Shown here: positions 46,866 to 55,825 of the stretch, piece by piece
Layout: each line of letters begins with the position of its first letter
Position numbering within the stretch: position 1 is the stretch's first letter
IMG/VR virus record: IMGVR_UViG_3300031707_000005
Coordinates: 1-64,000 of that record
From: a virus
DNA length: 64,000 nt
Reading direction: 5' to 3' (one strand)
Program-made: the position numbers and the translations under genes
Notes under the pieces: generated by a model
The model's input: the letters and a program-made list of their open reading frames with translations, nothing else
Database searches by the model: none
Told to the model about the DNA's origin: nothing

Positions 46866-47711
46866 CTAAAAACTCTCAATGTCGAACACCGAATTATCTA
46901 TTCTACCACCAGTCTCCACACGTCGATGAGCTATATATTTCTTACCATCATCACATTTTTCTCTATAGTCACATCGATGACATTCTCCAGATGGAGTAGC
47001 TCCGAAAACTTTGAGTTTAATCTTCTTAGCAATATCAAACGTGTCGTCAAGAAGAGCACGCATCTTAGACTCGTCGTAGTCTATCCACTTAATCGGATCA
47101 TCCGGAAATTTCCAAAATATGAATCCAAGTCTGGTTGGAGCTACGTGATACTTTATATAATGCTGGACCGCATACCAAATTAATTGATCAGCATCAGCAT
47201 ATTTCTCACGATGTTGAGAACCTTTCCCATCTATAATCCAAACATCCGTACGGTCTTTTGAATGAATAAAGTCAGCATATCCGCCGAGCTTCAGTGTCAT
47301 CCCATATTTATCATTTCCATAAACAACATTCAAATTTTCTTCAGCACGACTATGCGGAGTTAAAAATCCATGAAGTCTAATATTTTCAATTGCTCTAGGA
47401 AGATATATAGATAAATCTCTGCGTAGGAGATTAACGAATGCCGGATCCGATACACGGTCAAAGTTTTCTTTAAAGAAAATAGTGTCGATCGCATCGTCTA
47501 TACGCGACATCGCAGAAGCGACCGGGTCATCTTCAGCCCAAAGTCTTTTATTATAAAACCACTCGAGTATTTTTCCAATAACAGACCCGAACATGGCGGA
47601 ACGTGAATCACGAGTTACGGGCTCTTTTATTACATACCGATAATTATATGAAGATGGACATGCCTTATATGTCTTCCGACCAGAATAACTAAGATAAACA
47701 TCGAAGGACAT
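46866..47711 (-). CDS. PD-(D/E)XK nuclease, Cas4/AddB-like with probable Fe-S cluster
   Basis: LSYS..YKACP, GYADFI, IIDGK, QLIWYA, CHRCDYREKC. Confidence 0.85.
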   Translation of the reverse strand: MSFDVYLSYSGRKTYKACPSSYNYRYVIKEPVTRDSRSAMFGSVIGKILEWFYNKRLWAEDDPVASAMSRIDDAIDTIFFKENFDRVSDPAFVNLLRRDLSIYLPRAIENIRLHGFLTPHSRAEENLNVVYGNDKYGMTLKLGGYADFIHSKDRTDVWIIDGKGSQHREKYADADQLIWYAVQHYIKYHVAPTRLGFIFWKFPDDPIKWIDYDESKMRALLDDTFDIAKKIKLKVFGATPSGECHRCDYREKCDDGKKYIAHRRVETGGRIDNSVFDIESF

Positions 47712-47724
47712 AAGAACACCATTC

Positions 47725-48717
47725 TTATTCGTCTGCTACGCCTGACTCTGCTGCTTCGAGAAGTTCAAGGGCAAGATTTCTTAAGTCCTGAGGGAACTTA
47801 TCGAGTTCTTTCTTACGAAGTTCCATGGAAGAGTCAGATGCCATTTCTCTATTCATATGAAGTTGAGAAATAAATTCATTTAAAGAACGTCGTTCTCCGT
47901 CAAGTCTCTTTTTAAGTTCCAAGTCAAAAACGGAAGAAGAGTCTTCGTGCGGTACGATGTGTTCCTCAACTGTAATTCCACTCGAGTCTGCTTTAATCAA
48001 ACCAACTTTCGGTTTACGATCTAAATTTTCAAACGTTAAAGCTCCACGAGATATAGCACCGAGATTAACAAACTTCACACCCATATGATCTACAATTCCT
48101 TGGTCTTTATGATAATGACCGAAAACGTAGACATCAGGACATCCATCAAATACTAAATCACGATAATCAAAAATATTTTCATGAAAAAATGACTGTATAC
48201 GCTCTTCCGGTGCCATAGATGCGAGAGCGTGAACAAAAGCGACAGTGTATGTATCGCCAGGCTTCTTCCTAACAAGATCAGCAAGACCATCAACAGCTAA
48301 GTCAGTAGTATATTCAACACCAACAACTCTTACTTTTAGTGTCCCATCAACAAAGGATTCATCTCGAAGTTGTCGAAAAACACCACTCTTTAAAAGAATT
48401 CCGAGTGGCTGTCTATGTATCGACGACGGGTCATTGTTTGACATATCATGGTTACCAGCCATTGCATATGTAGGGCAATGGTAACGACGATGAATTTCAG
48501 CAGCTGCAGTTGTCGTTGCATATGTCGTCTTATTGGCAGCCTTTACATGGAAAAAATCTCCACCGCGAAGAACAGCTGTAGCTCCGAACTTCTTAGCAAT
48601 TTCACCTTGCCATTCTACTTTTTTAAGAATAGAATCGCGATAATTATCTTTGCGGAATCCTGGATTCAGATCCGCAAGATGTTCATCGGATGAGGTCAAA
48701 AGTCGAATTTCTGACAT
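47725..48717 (-). CDS. SbcD/Mre11-like metallophosphoesterase nuclease
   Basis: SDEH, GGDFFH, GNHD, FVH, FGHYH, NLGAISR. Confidence 0.88.
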   Translation of the reverse strand: MSEIRLLTSSDEHLADLNPGFRKDNYRDSILKKVEWQGEIAKKFGATAVLRGGDFFHVKAANKTTYATTTAAAEIHRRYHCPTYAMAGNHDMSNNDPSSIHRQPLGILLKSGVFRQLRDESFVDGTLKVRVVGVEYTTDLAVDGLADLVRKKPGDTYTVAFVHALASMAPEERIQSFFHENIFDYRDLVFDGCPDVYVFGHYHKDQGIVDHMGVKFVNLGAISRGALTFENLDRKPKVGLIKADSSGITVEEHIVPHEDSSSVFDLELKKRLDGERRSLNEFISQLHMNREMASDSSMELRKKELDKFPQDLRNLALELLEAAESGVADE

Positions 48718-48742
48718 GTGTTATTGTACAGCAAACCATTAG

Positions 48743-49000
48743 TTACTTGTTATACCATAAAACATGAGAAAAAGTTATACCAGTTTGATTTTCTATATCA
48801 TCAACTTGTTTCTTAATGTTTCTATACTCTGAAGGAGAAACACGAAAACGTGATACACGATCAACTGTAGCGAGTTCACCATACCCATCATGGTCAACAA
48901 ATGATCCATTTTTACAGGATTCCATAAAATCCTGTAGACAAAGAATCATTCCGTCTTCCGAATCAAAAATTTCTAATTTCATATTCGTATTAGTGTTCAT
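48743..49000 (-). CDS. Hypothetical protein
   Basis: 85 aa; FVDHDGYG..HVLWYNK. Confidence 0.6.
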   Translation of the reverse strand: MNTNTNMKLEIFDSEDGMILCLQDFMESCKNGSFVDHDGYGELATVDRVSRFRVSPSEYRNIKKQVDDIENQTGITFSHVLWYNK

Positions 49001-49941
49001 ACTTTCGGCATTATAGCATCAGAACCAACAAACATTTCTGAGGGCCAAAGTCCAGATGACTGCGCAGCTAACCGAGTTCTAACATACCGTTTATCCCAGT
49101 TACCGTATTTCTTGCACATGAGTTCTTGGATTAGAATTTTCGAAAAATTAGGAGAAATGAGTTTTGATTGACAAAACAATAAACACTCAGCTGCAATACC
49201 AGGGGCATTAACACTATGCGCATGATATACACACATAGCAAGGTCCACATCAATTTTTAAATGTGAGTCATCAAGAATAGATGAATCCATAACTTTAATT
49301 TTCGAAAGAGTTTGATATGTACTGAGTTCTAATTTCTGTTGACCTTCCACAAGATATTGAGTTGCACATGTTATCTGTGATGCGTAAGTTTCTGAATCAG
49401 AAAATAGGTTGTGAAATAAAATAGCCCATGTTTCTGCCGAAGCACGATCTTGTCCACTCTGAGGAACAAGTCCGTTCACGGGAGCAAAAGTATTCCTGAT
49501 AACATCACCGGGGATTGGTTTACCTAATGAATCACGAAGAACCCCGTCCGGAGAAAGATACCAACCAATTTTAGAAAAAGCACTTGAAAGGCCCTTCCAG
49601 TTTACATTTTTCTCTGGGTGCGGAGAGCCATTTTTATCCGCATATATGACACCAAGTGAGTCTCTTATTTTAGAAATTATTCCAAAAAGAGGACCCTGTT
49701 TTAAAGTACTAGGGTAAACTGCAATCCAATGGAAAGGTCCTGCGCTTATCCCGGCACCGTCATAACTTTGAATGGAACCCCATGAAGGAGATTCCAAAGA
49801 TGTGGCCAAATAAGCGGCCCTTTGAAGATGAAAGTTGGTCTTAAATGCTTTAATCGATACAGGAATAGACCCTATGGCTCGTATTCCAGCATATTTGTTA
49901 TATGTAACTCTATCAAATTTCGACAGTGTGTTTACAGTCAT
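48997..49941 (-). CDS. Possible lysozyme-like cell-wall hydrolase
   Basis: LES..WGSIQSYDGAGISAGPFHW resembles the E..YD..G.S.G..QW motif of lysozyme-fold enzymes. Confidence 0.4.
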   Translation of the reverse strand: MTVNTLSKFDRVTYNKYAGIRAIGSIPVSIKAFKTNFHLQRAAYLATSLESPSWGSIQSYDGAGISAGPFHWIAVYPSTLKQGPLFGIISKIRDSLGVIYADKNGSPHPEKNVNWKGLSSAFSKIGWYLSPDGVLRDSLGKPIPGDVIRNTFAPVNGLVPQSGQDRASAETWAILFHNLFSDSETYASQITCATQYLVEGQQKLELSTYQTLSKIKVMDSSILDDSHLKIDVDLAMCVYHAHSVNAPGIAAECLLFCQSKLISPNFSKILIQELMCKKYGNWDKRYVRTRLAAQSSGLWPSEMFVGSDAIMPKV

Positions 49942-49943
49942 AC

Positions 49944-52196
49944 CTATATACTTTCTTGCTGAATTGGTTCCGGTTCGAGTTTTTCAGACAAGCTATCTTG
50001 AATCAAATTTCTGAGATTCGAATTTCGAATTGTTTCGCGTTCATTGTGGATGGCAAGAGAAAAAGCTCTTGGGTCTCCAAACATGAAGACCTTCTTTTTA
50101 GCACGAGTAATCGCAGTATAAACTAAATTTCTATATAACATTATGCCATACTGCATGGTCATTGGCATCAAGACGAAATCAAATTCTTGTCCTTGAACTT
50201 TATGCGCTGTGCAAGCATATGCAACTTTTAGAACATGCCTAGCTTCTTCAATCTTGAACAAGAAAACCTTATCTATGTATCTCGGAACAGATGAATCCTG
50301 ATCAAACCAGTCAAATATTTTTACTTCAACTTCATCCTGTTTAATTGAAACACGGGTTACTTTCCCAACGTCACCATTGAAGATCATTCGTTCATAGTCA
50401 TTCTTGACTATCATGACACGATCACCTTCAAACAAATCAACATTACCATGTTTAAGTTTTGTAGCTTTCCCAGAAATAAAATCAGGGTTCAAAACTCCAC
50501 GAAGTCGTTTATTCAAAGTATCAACACCAAGTTCACCGTTATACATCGGTGCAATAACCTGGAAATTCATATCTCTTGATTTCAACGCAGTAGACATTTT
50601 ACATATTTCGTCTGCAACATCTTCAATTGGAATGTTCATGTAAACAAATTGAGACGATGTATTAGTTCGAGTATCTACCGCATTTCCTTTCAAAATGGCA
50701 TGAGCAACAGTAATAATATCTGATTGCTTCTCTTGACGATAAACACGAGTAAGAGACACGTGAGGAACGTCACGACACTGCATTAAACTATTCAAAACAT
50801 AGCCAGCTCCGACAGATGGGAGCTGTGCTGAGTCACCAACCATTATTACGATAGTTGTCGGCAATAACGCGGAAATTAGGTTAAATAGAGTTGAACTATC
50901 AACCATTGACATCTCATCAACGATAACAGCATCAACATGGAAATGATTTCCGGAATAAAACTCCCAACCACCATCTTTTTTGTAACCGAGTGCTCTATGG
51001 ATCGTATAAGCAGGTTTTCCGGTAACTTGAGATAAACGCTTAGCAGCAATACCGGTAGGAGACATCAAAGTATAATGAAGACCGGCTTTTTCAAAAAGAT
51101 TAACGAAAGCTGACACGAGAGTAGTTTTGCCGGTACCTGGATATCCAGATATAACACAAAACCTTGAGCGCTCAAGCATAAGAAAAGCATCTCGTTGATC
51201 ATCAGATAATGAAATTCCGCGGGATTCTTCAAAGTCATTCAAGATCAACTTTAGATCACCCATAACACGCGGAGGCTGACGAACGATTTCCGATATATAC
51301 TTAGCAGACTCAGATTCATATTTCCAATTATGAGCTAGGTAGATGAAATCACCAGAACAAAAAATGTCACCAGAACTCTGGAGTGACTTCAAACCCGAGA
51401 AAAAATGCGAGTCAGACATATACTCGCCATGAGAAAAAGCAGACACGGAGTGCCTTCGAAACATTTTCTTTGACATATACTCGAGAATTTGTCCAGAAGT
51501 GCAATAAACGTGTCCATCTGATGCAGCAAGTTCACGCATGACGAACGTAATCATTGCACAAATACGTCTCGAATCATCTACACCGATACCGGTTTTCTGA
51601 GCCGCACTGTCCGCAGTGGCAAACCCGACACTTGGACATTCACAAAGTCTATATGGATCTTCACGAACAATATTTTTAGTTTGAATACCAAATTTCGTAA
51701 AAACATTTCTTACCTGAGCTGCATTTAACCCAAGATCCGTTAAAAAGATCGCGACAGTTCGACTTTCTGAGGCTTCAGTCCATTCCCTAACTATAGCATC
51801 GGCCTGAGTCTTTGTAAGAAATGGCAAACTACGAACTTGTTCCGGATCAGTATTTAAAGTATTAACTAATTCATCACCGAGGGCATCATATAATCTAGTG
51901 GCAGTAATCATTCCAATAGAAGGAACGTTAGCCATTAAATATATTATGATGCCGTTTCGTCCTTTTTCAGGAAGGACTTCACAGTCGGTGGCATTGAATT
52001 GCTTGCCGAATTTTTCATGAACTTCGTAACCACCGGTAAACTTAGCTTTCAGACCAGTTGCGATAGACACTCCAGGAAATGTTCCACGAATCGTAACTTG
52101 CTGTGAATTGTTATCAAGCGTGGCCTTAACAATGTAAAAACCGGTTTGACGATTCTGAAATTGAATACCAGATACTTTTGCGGTAATTTGCTCCAT
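49944..52196 (-). CDS. recD2: RecD2-like SF1B helicase
   Basis: N-terminal OB and HhH domains (HEKFGKQF, EDPYRL); GYPGTGKTT, IVDEMSMVD, VGDSAQLPSVGAG, YACTAHKVQGQE, LVYTAITRAK. Confidence 0.92.
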   Translation of the reverse strand: MEQITAKVSGIQFQNRQTGFYIVKATLDNNSQQVTIRGTFPGVSIATGLKAKFTGGYEVHEKFGKQFNATDCEVLPEKGRNGIIIYLMANVPSIGMITATRLYDALGDELVNTLNTDPEQVRSLPFLTKTQADAIVREWTEASESRTVAIFLTDLGLNAAQVRNVFTKFGIQTKNIVREDPYRLCECPSVGFATADSAAQKTGIGVDDSRRICAMITFVMRELAASDGHVYCTSGQILEYMSKKMFRRHSVSAFSHGEYMSDSHFFSGLKSLQSSGDIFCSGDFIYLAHNWKYESESAKYISEIVRQPPRVMGDLKLILNDFEESRGISLSDDQRDAFLMLERSRFCVISGYPGTGKTTLVSAFVNLFEKAGLHYTLMSPTGIAAKRLSQVTGKPAYTIHRALGYKKDGGWEFYSGNHFHVDAVIVDEMSMVDSSTLFNLISALLPTTIVIMVGDSAQLPSVGAGYVLNSLMQCRDVPHVSLTRVYRQEKQSDIITVAHAILKGNAVDTRTNTSSQFVYMNIPIEDVADEICKMSTALKSRDMNFQVIAPMYNGELGVDTLNKRLRGVLNPDFISGKATKLKHGNVDLFEGDRVMIVKNDYERMIFNGDVGKVTRVSIKQDEVEVKIFDWFDQDSSVPRYIDKVFLFKIEEARHVLKVAYACTAHKVQGQEFDFVLMPMTMQYGIMLYRNLVYTAITRAKKKVFMFGDPRAFSLAIHNERETIRNSNLRNLIQDSLSEKLEPEPIQQESI

Positions 52197-52209
52197 GAGC
52201 ACCTCGAAA

Positions 52210-53013
52210 TCAAGAAGCGTTGGAACCCATCATCTTATACAGGTCAGACTCAGAGATTACCTGAACACCATGTTTCTTAGCGCTCTTCATCTTGGAACTA
52301 GTGGTATCAGAGTCATTAGTAACAAGGTATGACAAACCGGAACCAACAGAACTTTTCGAAACCCCTCCAGCGTCCATAATCATTTTTTCAACAGCTTTTC
52401 TAGGTTTTGAAGTAGATCCGGTTATACAAAAAGATTTTCCAGAAAGAAGACCACCAACCGGTTTTTTAAGATCAAGAACCTCTGACAAGTCGAGTATAGC
52501 ACGGTGATGTTCTTGGAGACCGTCAAAAACTTGCCTCGCGGTCACTTCTCCAATATTCGGAATTTTCAAAAGTTCTTCGTGAGTAACCGCTAAAACCTTG
52601 TCAACAGTATCATACCCGGCTTGAACGATATCCGTAGCCGTAGCAAGAGCAAAATTTGGAATGTTAAGTGACGCTAGGAGCAACTCAAGAGGAATTTTCT
52701 TACCTGCATGAAGAACTTCATAACATTTCTGCGCCATTTTCTGGCCGGATGTACACATAACTAAGTCATCGATAGTTAATTTATATAGATCGGCAATGGA
52801 TTGTATGCGAGGATTATTTGGATCAGTGAGCTCGTCTATGAGGGCATCACCCCAATGAAGTAGACCAAGTCTCATAATCCATACTTTTATAGACCCGGCA
52901 AGCTTCGCAGAGCAAGACCGATTTCGACACCAAAGGAAGAAACCCTCGGTGGAAGTTGGTCCATTACATATAGGACAAAAGTCCGGAATTTTAAAGCGAT
53001 CCTGGTCTCCCAT
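52210..53013 (-). CDS. ligA: NAD-dependent DNA ligase, C-terminal part (zinc finger, HhH, BRCT)
   Basis: IPDFCPIC..WCRNRSC; SIADLYKL; IPNIGEVTA; LSGKSFCITG..GG..SSV..YLVT..SSKMKSAKKHGVQVISE. Confidence 0.88.
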   Translation of the reverse strand: MGDQDRFKIPDFCPICNGPTSTEGFFLWCRNRSCSAKLAGSIKVWIMRLGLLHWGDALIDELTDPNNPRIQSIADLYKLTIDDLVMCTSGQKMAQKCYEVLHAGKKIPLELLLASLNIPNFALATATDIVQAGYDTVDKVLAVTHEELLKIPNIGEVTARQVFDGLQEHHRAILDLSEVLDLKKPVGGLLSGKSFCITGSTSKPRKAVEKMIMDAGGVSKSSVGSGLSYLVTNDSDTTSSKMKSAKKHGVQVISESDLYKMMGSNAS

Positions 53014-53042
53014 AAGGAAGAGTACAGGACAGAAAGTCAGCT

Positions 53043-53627
53043 TTACTCAGCAGCTTGTTCCTGAGTCTCTTCAGGAGCTTCATAATCTTCTTCAGATTCC
53101 TCCTCTTCCTCTTCTTGCCCCTCTTCCTCAGCTCCGGAAGGCTCCTGGCTCATATCAGGTGTTTCAGTATCGTAGGAAGGAGGGGTCTCACCAGCGGGAG
53201 TTCCACCGGCACCGGCTTCAACATCATCCAGTGATTGGTTCTTCGGGATAGGCGCCCCTCCCTCATCACCATAGGTATATTCAGACTGAAGCATCTCATA
53301 TTTACCTTCATAAAAGGCCTTCGAGAAGGTCGAGAGTTCGTCTCCAATAGCAAGAACAGCTTCCGAAATCTTTGAGAGCCGGGCGAGTTCCTCCCCAGCA
53401 AAGTCTCCCTGAAGTCGGGCGAGTTTAGCATATAAAACGTGAGTGTCTTTTAAGACGTCAGCAACGTAAGAATTAACGCGTTGCCACTCACCGTCACGAT
53501 CTTCGGTAGCAACACGATTAAAAATACTTTGTCGTACTTCAGAAGCTATACGGGAAAATTCAGTCCGAGGCTCATCAGACGTGGCTTTTTGAACTTCGGA
53601 TGCAGCGTTGCGAAATATAGTGGTCAT
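53043..53627 (-). CDS. Putative internal head protein with acidic tail
   Basis: RNAASEV / RIASEV / NRVA motifs, E-rich C-terminus. Confidence 0.6.
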   Translation of the reverse strand: MTTIFRNAASEVQKATSDEPRTEFSRIASEVRQSIFNRVATEDRDGEWQRVNSYVADVLKDTHVLYAKLARLQGDFAGEELARLSKISEAVLAIGDELSTFSKAFYEGKYEMLQSEYTYGDEGGAPIPKNQSLDDVEAGAGGTPAGETPPSYDTETPDMSQEPSGAEEEGQEEEEEESEEDYEAPEETQEQAAE

Positions 53628-53722
53628 AGTTTTCCCTTTACAGCAGAAGGTAACAAAGGGTCTAGAAAATTAGAAAGGATACTATACTATTAAGTAAAGA
53701 ACTCTCGAGCGTAGTTTTTTAG

Positions 53723-54841
53723 ATGTCACAAAATCGTATCAATGAACTAAGGTCAAGTCTCAAAAAATGGAGAGACGCATATTATAACTTGGATCCGAAA
53801 GTTTCAGACCAAGAATATGACTCAGCCAGGGATGAACTGGCAGGACTATCTCCAGATGATACGGAAATTATTGCAATAGGTGCGACACCATCTCAACACT
53901 CTGTATGGGAAAAAGTTCGACACGAAATACCGATGGGATCACTCGGAAAAGCAAATTCTGAGAAAGAAATTGATGACTGGATTGAAAAAACAGGCGCAAA
54001 AGAGTGGTTCATAACACACAAAATTGATGGATCATCCATGGAGCTCGTTTACAAGTCCGGAAAACTAATAAGATGCGTAACTCGAGGGGATGGAATTATC
54101 GGTGAAGATGTGACAGTAAATGTGTCAAAAATTCCATCAGTCCCGAAATCTTTACCGATGCCTATAGATACGATTGTACGCGGGGAAATAGTGATGTTGA
54201 AGAGTGTATTCACTCAGAAATACTCAGAAGAATATGCAAATCCACGAAACACAGCAGCCGGAAAAGTGCGTGAAAAGAAAGGTGGAGGAGAAGCGTGTAA
54301 AGACCTTGAGTTTCTCGCCTATTGGATTCATTTCGAAAAACAGGCAGATAAGCAAAATGGCATGTTTGCATCCATACTTTGGCTCAAAGAGAATGGATTT
54401 AAAACTCCGACATGCACTGTAAGTCGAAATCTAGATACTATTAAATCGGTATATACTGATCAGTCGACAAAAAGAGACGATATAGATTATGAAATAGATG
54501 GAATGGTTGTTTCCGTCGAAGATTTAAATCTAATCGAAGAGTTAGGTTCAATTAATGGGCGACCAAGAGGTCAGATCGCGTGGAAATTTGATCCCGCCAT
54601 GCGAGAAACAAGAATAGTTGACGTAAAATGGCAAGTCGGTAACTCTGGAAGAATAACGCCTGTAGCAGTAGTAGAACCGGTTGATGTCGGAGGAGTTACA
54701 ATAACAAATATATCCCTACATAACCTATCACTATTTCGAGATCTCGCCTTAAATAAAGGAAATCGAGTCCTTGTGTCACGTAGAAACGACGTCATTCCGT
54801 TTTTAGAAAAGAACCTAGATATTGATATTGATCAAGAGTGA
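53723..54841 (+). CDS. ligA: NAD-dependent DNA ligase, N-terminal part (Ia, adenylation and OB domains)
   Basis: AYY..SDQEYD, KVRHEIPMGSL, motif I HKIDG, TRGDG.GEDVT, RGEI, NPRNTAAG, YEIDGMV, AWKF, GRITPVA, RRNDVIP. Confidence 0.92.
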   Translation: MSQNRINELRSSLKKWRDAYYNLDPKVSDQEYDSARDELAGLSPDDTEIIAIGATPSQHSVWEKVRHEIPMGSLGKANSEKEIDDWIEKTGAKEWFITHKIDGSSMELVYKSGKLIRCVTRGDGIIGEDVTVNVSKIPSVPKSLPMPIDTIVRGEIVMLKSVFTQKYSEEYANPRNTAAGKVREKKGGGEACKDLEFLAYWIHFEKQADKQNGMFASILWLKENGFKTPTCTVSRNLDTIKSVYTDQSTKRDDIDYEIDGMVVSVEDLNLIEELGSINGRPRGQIAWKFDPAMRETRIVDVKWQVGNSGRITPVAVVEPVDVGGVTITNISLHNLSLFRDLALNKGNRVLVSRRNDVIPFLEKNLDIDIDQE

Positions 54842-54850
54842 CATTACAAT

Positions 54851-55042
54851 ATGATTAAACAACACAGATGGTCAGGATGGCCCGGGGCTTTCTGCCTAGA
54901 TTGCTTCGCAGAAGACCAAGGCGAAGCATGCTTAGTTGACGAATGTTATGGCGCCATACAGTGCATTAAAGGACATATTCAATGTGAAGAACATGAATAT
55001 ATCGGTTGTGAAAAACACAAAAATTCACCATGCACTAAATAA
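54851..55042 (+). CDS. Small Cys/His-rich protein
   Basis: 63 aa; HRWSGWPGAFCLDC and further Cys residues. Confidence 0.5.
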   Translation: MIKQHRWSGWPGAFCLDCFAEDQGEACLVDECYGAIQCIKGHIQCEEHEYIGCEKHKNSPCTK

Positions 55043-55044
55043 AA

Positions 55045-55560
55045 TCAGACTTGAATTTCACCGATATACGGAAGGTTCCGATGTTTCTCCTGATAATCCA
55101 TACCATATCCAACAACAAACTTATCTTCAATAGTAAACCCGGTATAATCGATTTTCACTGGAACTCGAGTTCTACACGATTTATGTAAAAGAGCACAAAT
55201 CGAAATGGAAGCTGGTTCTCTAGTTTGAAGAATTTTAATTAAGTGTTGAATTGTAAGTCCAGAATCAACAATATCCTCAACAATAAGTATATCTTTTCCC
55301 TTAATAGACCGTGTTAAGTCATGAGTGATCATAATGGAACCGGAAGACGTTCCACCATTATACGAACTAATACCGAGAAAATCAACAAACGTATCCGGAA
55401 GCTTAATGGTCCGAATCAGATCACCAGCAAAAACAAAAGACCCCTTTAACACAGGAATCATCGTTAATGGACTCCTAGCGAAATCCTGAGTGATAGCCTG
55501 TCCGATCCACGAAATGCGATTAGCGATACTAGACGCTGATATCAATTCGCGAATCGGCAT
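55045..55560 (-). CDS. hpt: Hypoxanthine phosphoribosyltransferase
   Basis: VLKGSFVFAGDL, ISSY, ILIVEDIVDSGLT, FVVGYGMDY..RNLPYI. Confidence 0.93.
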   Translation of the reverse strand: MPIRELISASSIANRISWIGQAITQDFARSPLTMIPVLKGSFVFAGDLIRTIKLPDTFVDFLGISSYNGGTSSGSIMITHDLTRSIKGKDILIVEDIVDSGLTIQHLIKILQTREPASISICALLHKSCRTRVPVKIDYTGFTIEDKFVVGYGMDYQEKHRNLPYIGEIQV

Positions 55561-55561
55561 A

Positions 55562-55816
55562 TTAATGTTCCTCGCTCTGAGACTGAACTTTCTGCATCAT
55601 TGCTTCAATGGCTTCCATTGCATCGAAAGCAACGCACGTCACACGAACACGTTTACCGAGGAGGGATCGAAGAAGCGCTTGATTCGAAAAAGCAATTCCT
55701 TCGTCGTCAACTATGACGACTTCTCCGGTATCTGGATCAGTTTGAACAATTCCATCAACAATTGTACCAGCATCATATCCGTGAGAAAAACGATCTCGAT
55801 CGTTGTTATAGTCCAT
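55562..55816 (-). CDS. Small hypothetical protein
   Basis: 84 aa ORF within the operon. Confidence 0.55.
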   Translation of the reverse strand: MDYNNDRDRFSHGYDAGTIVDGIVQTDPDTGEVVIVDDEGIAFSNQALLRSLLGKRVRVTCVAFDAMEAIEAMMQKVQSQSEEH

Positions 55817-55825
55817 GGTGTTGTT

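Noticed and set aside
46866-47711. CRISPR-Cas locus suggested by the Cas4-like nuclease
   Set aside because: No repeat-spacer array or other cas genes seen; the tandem repeats found are all coding
53014-54850. Invertible segment or split intein rejoining the ligase halves
   Set aside because: An inversion here would restore gene order, but I found no inverted repeats at the ends, no recombinase in the window and no intein motifs on either half
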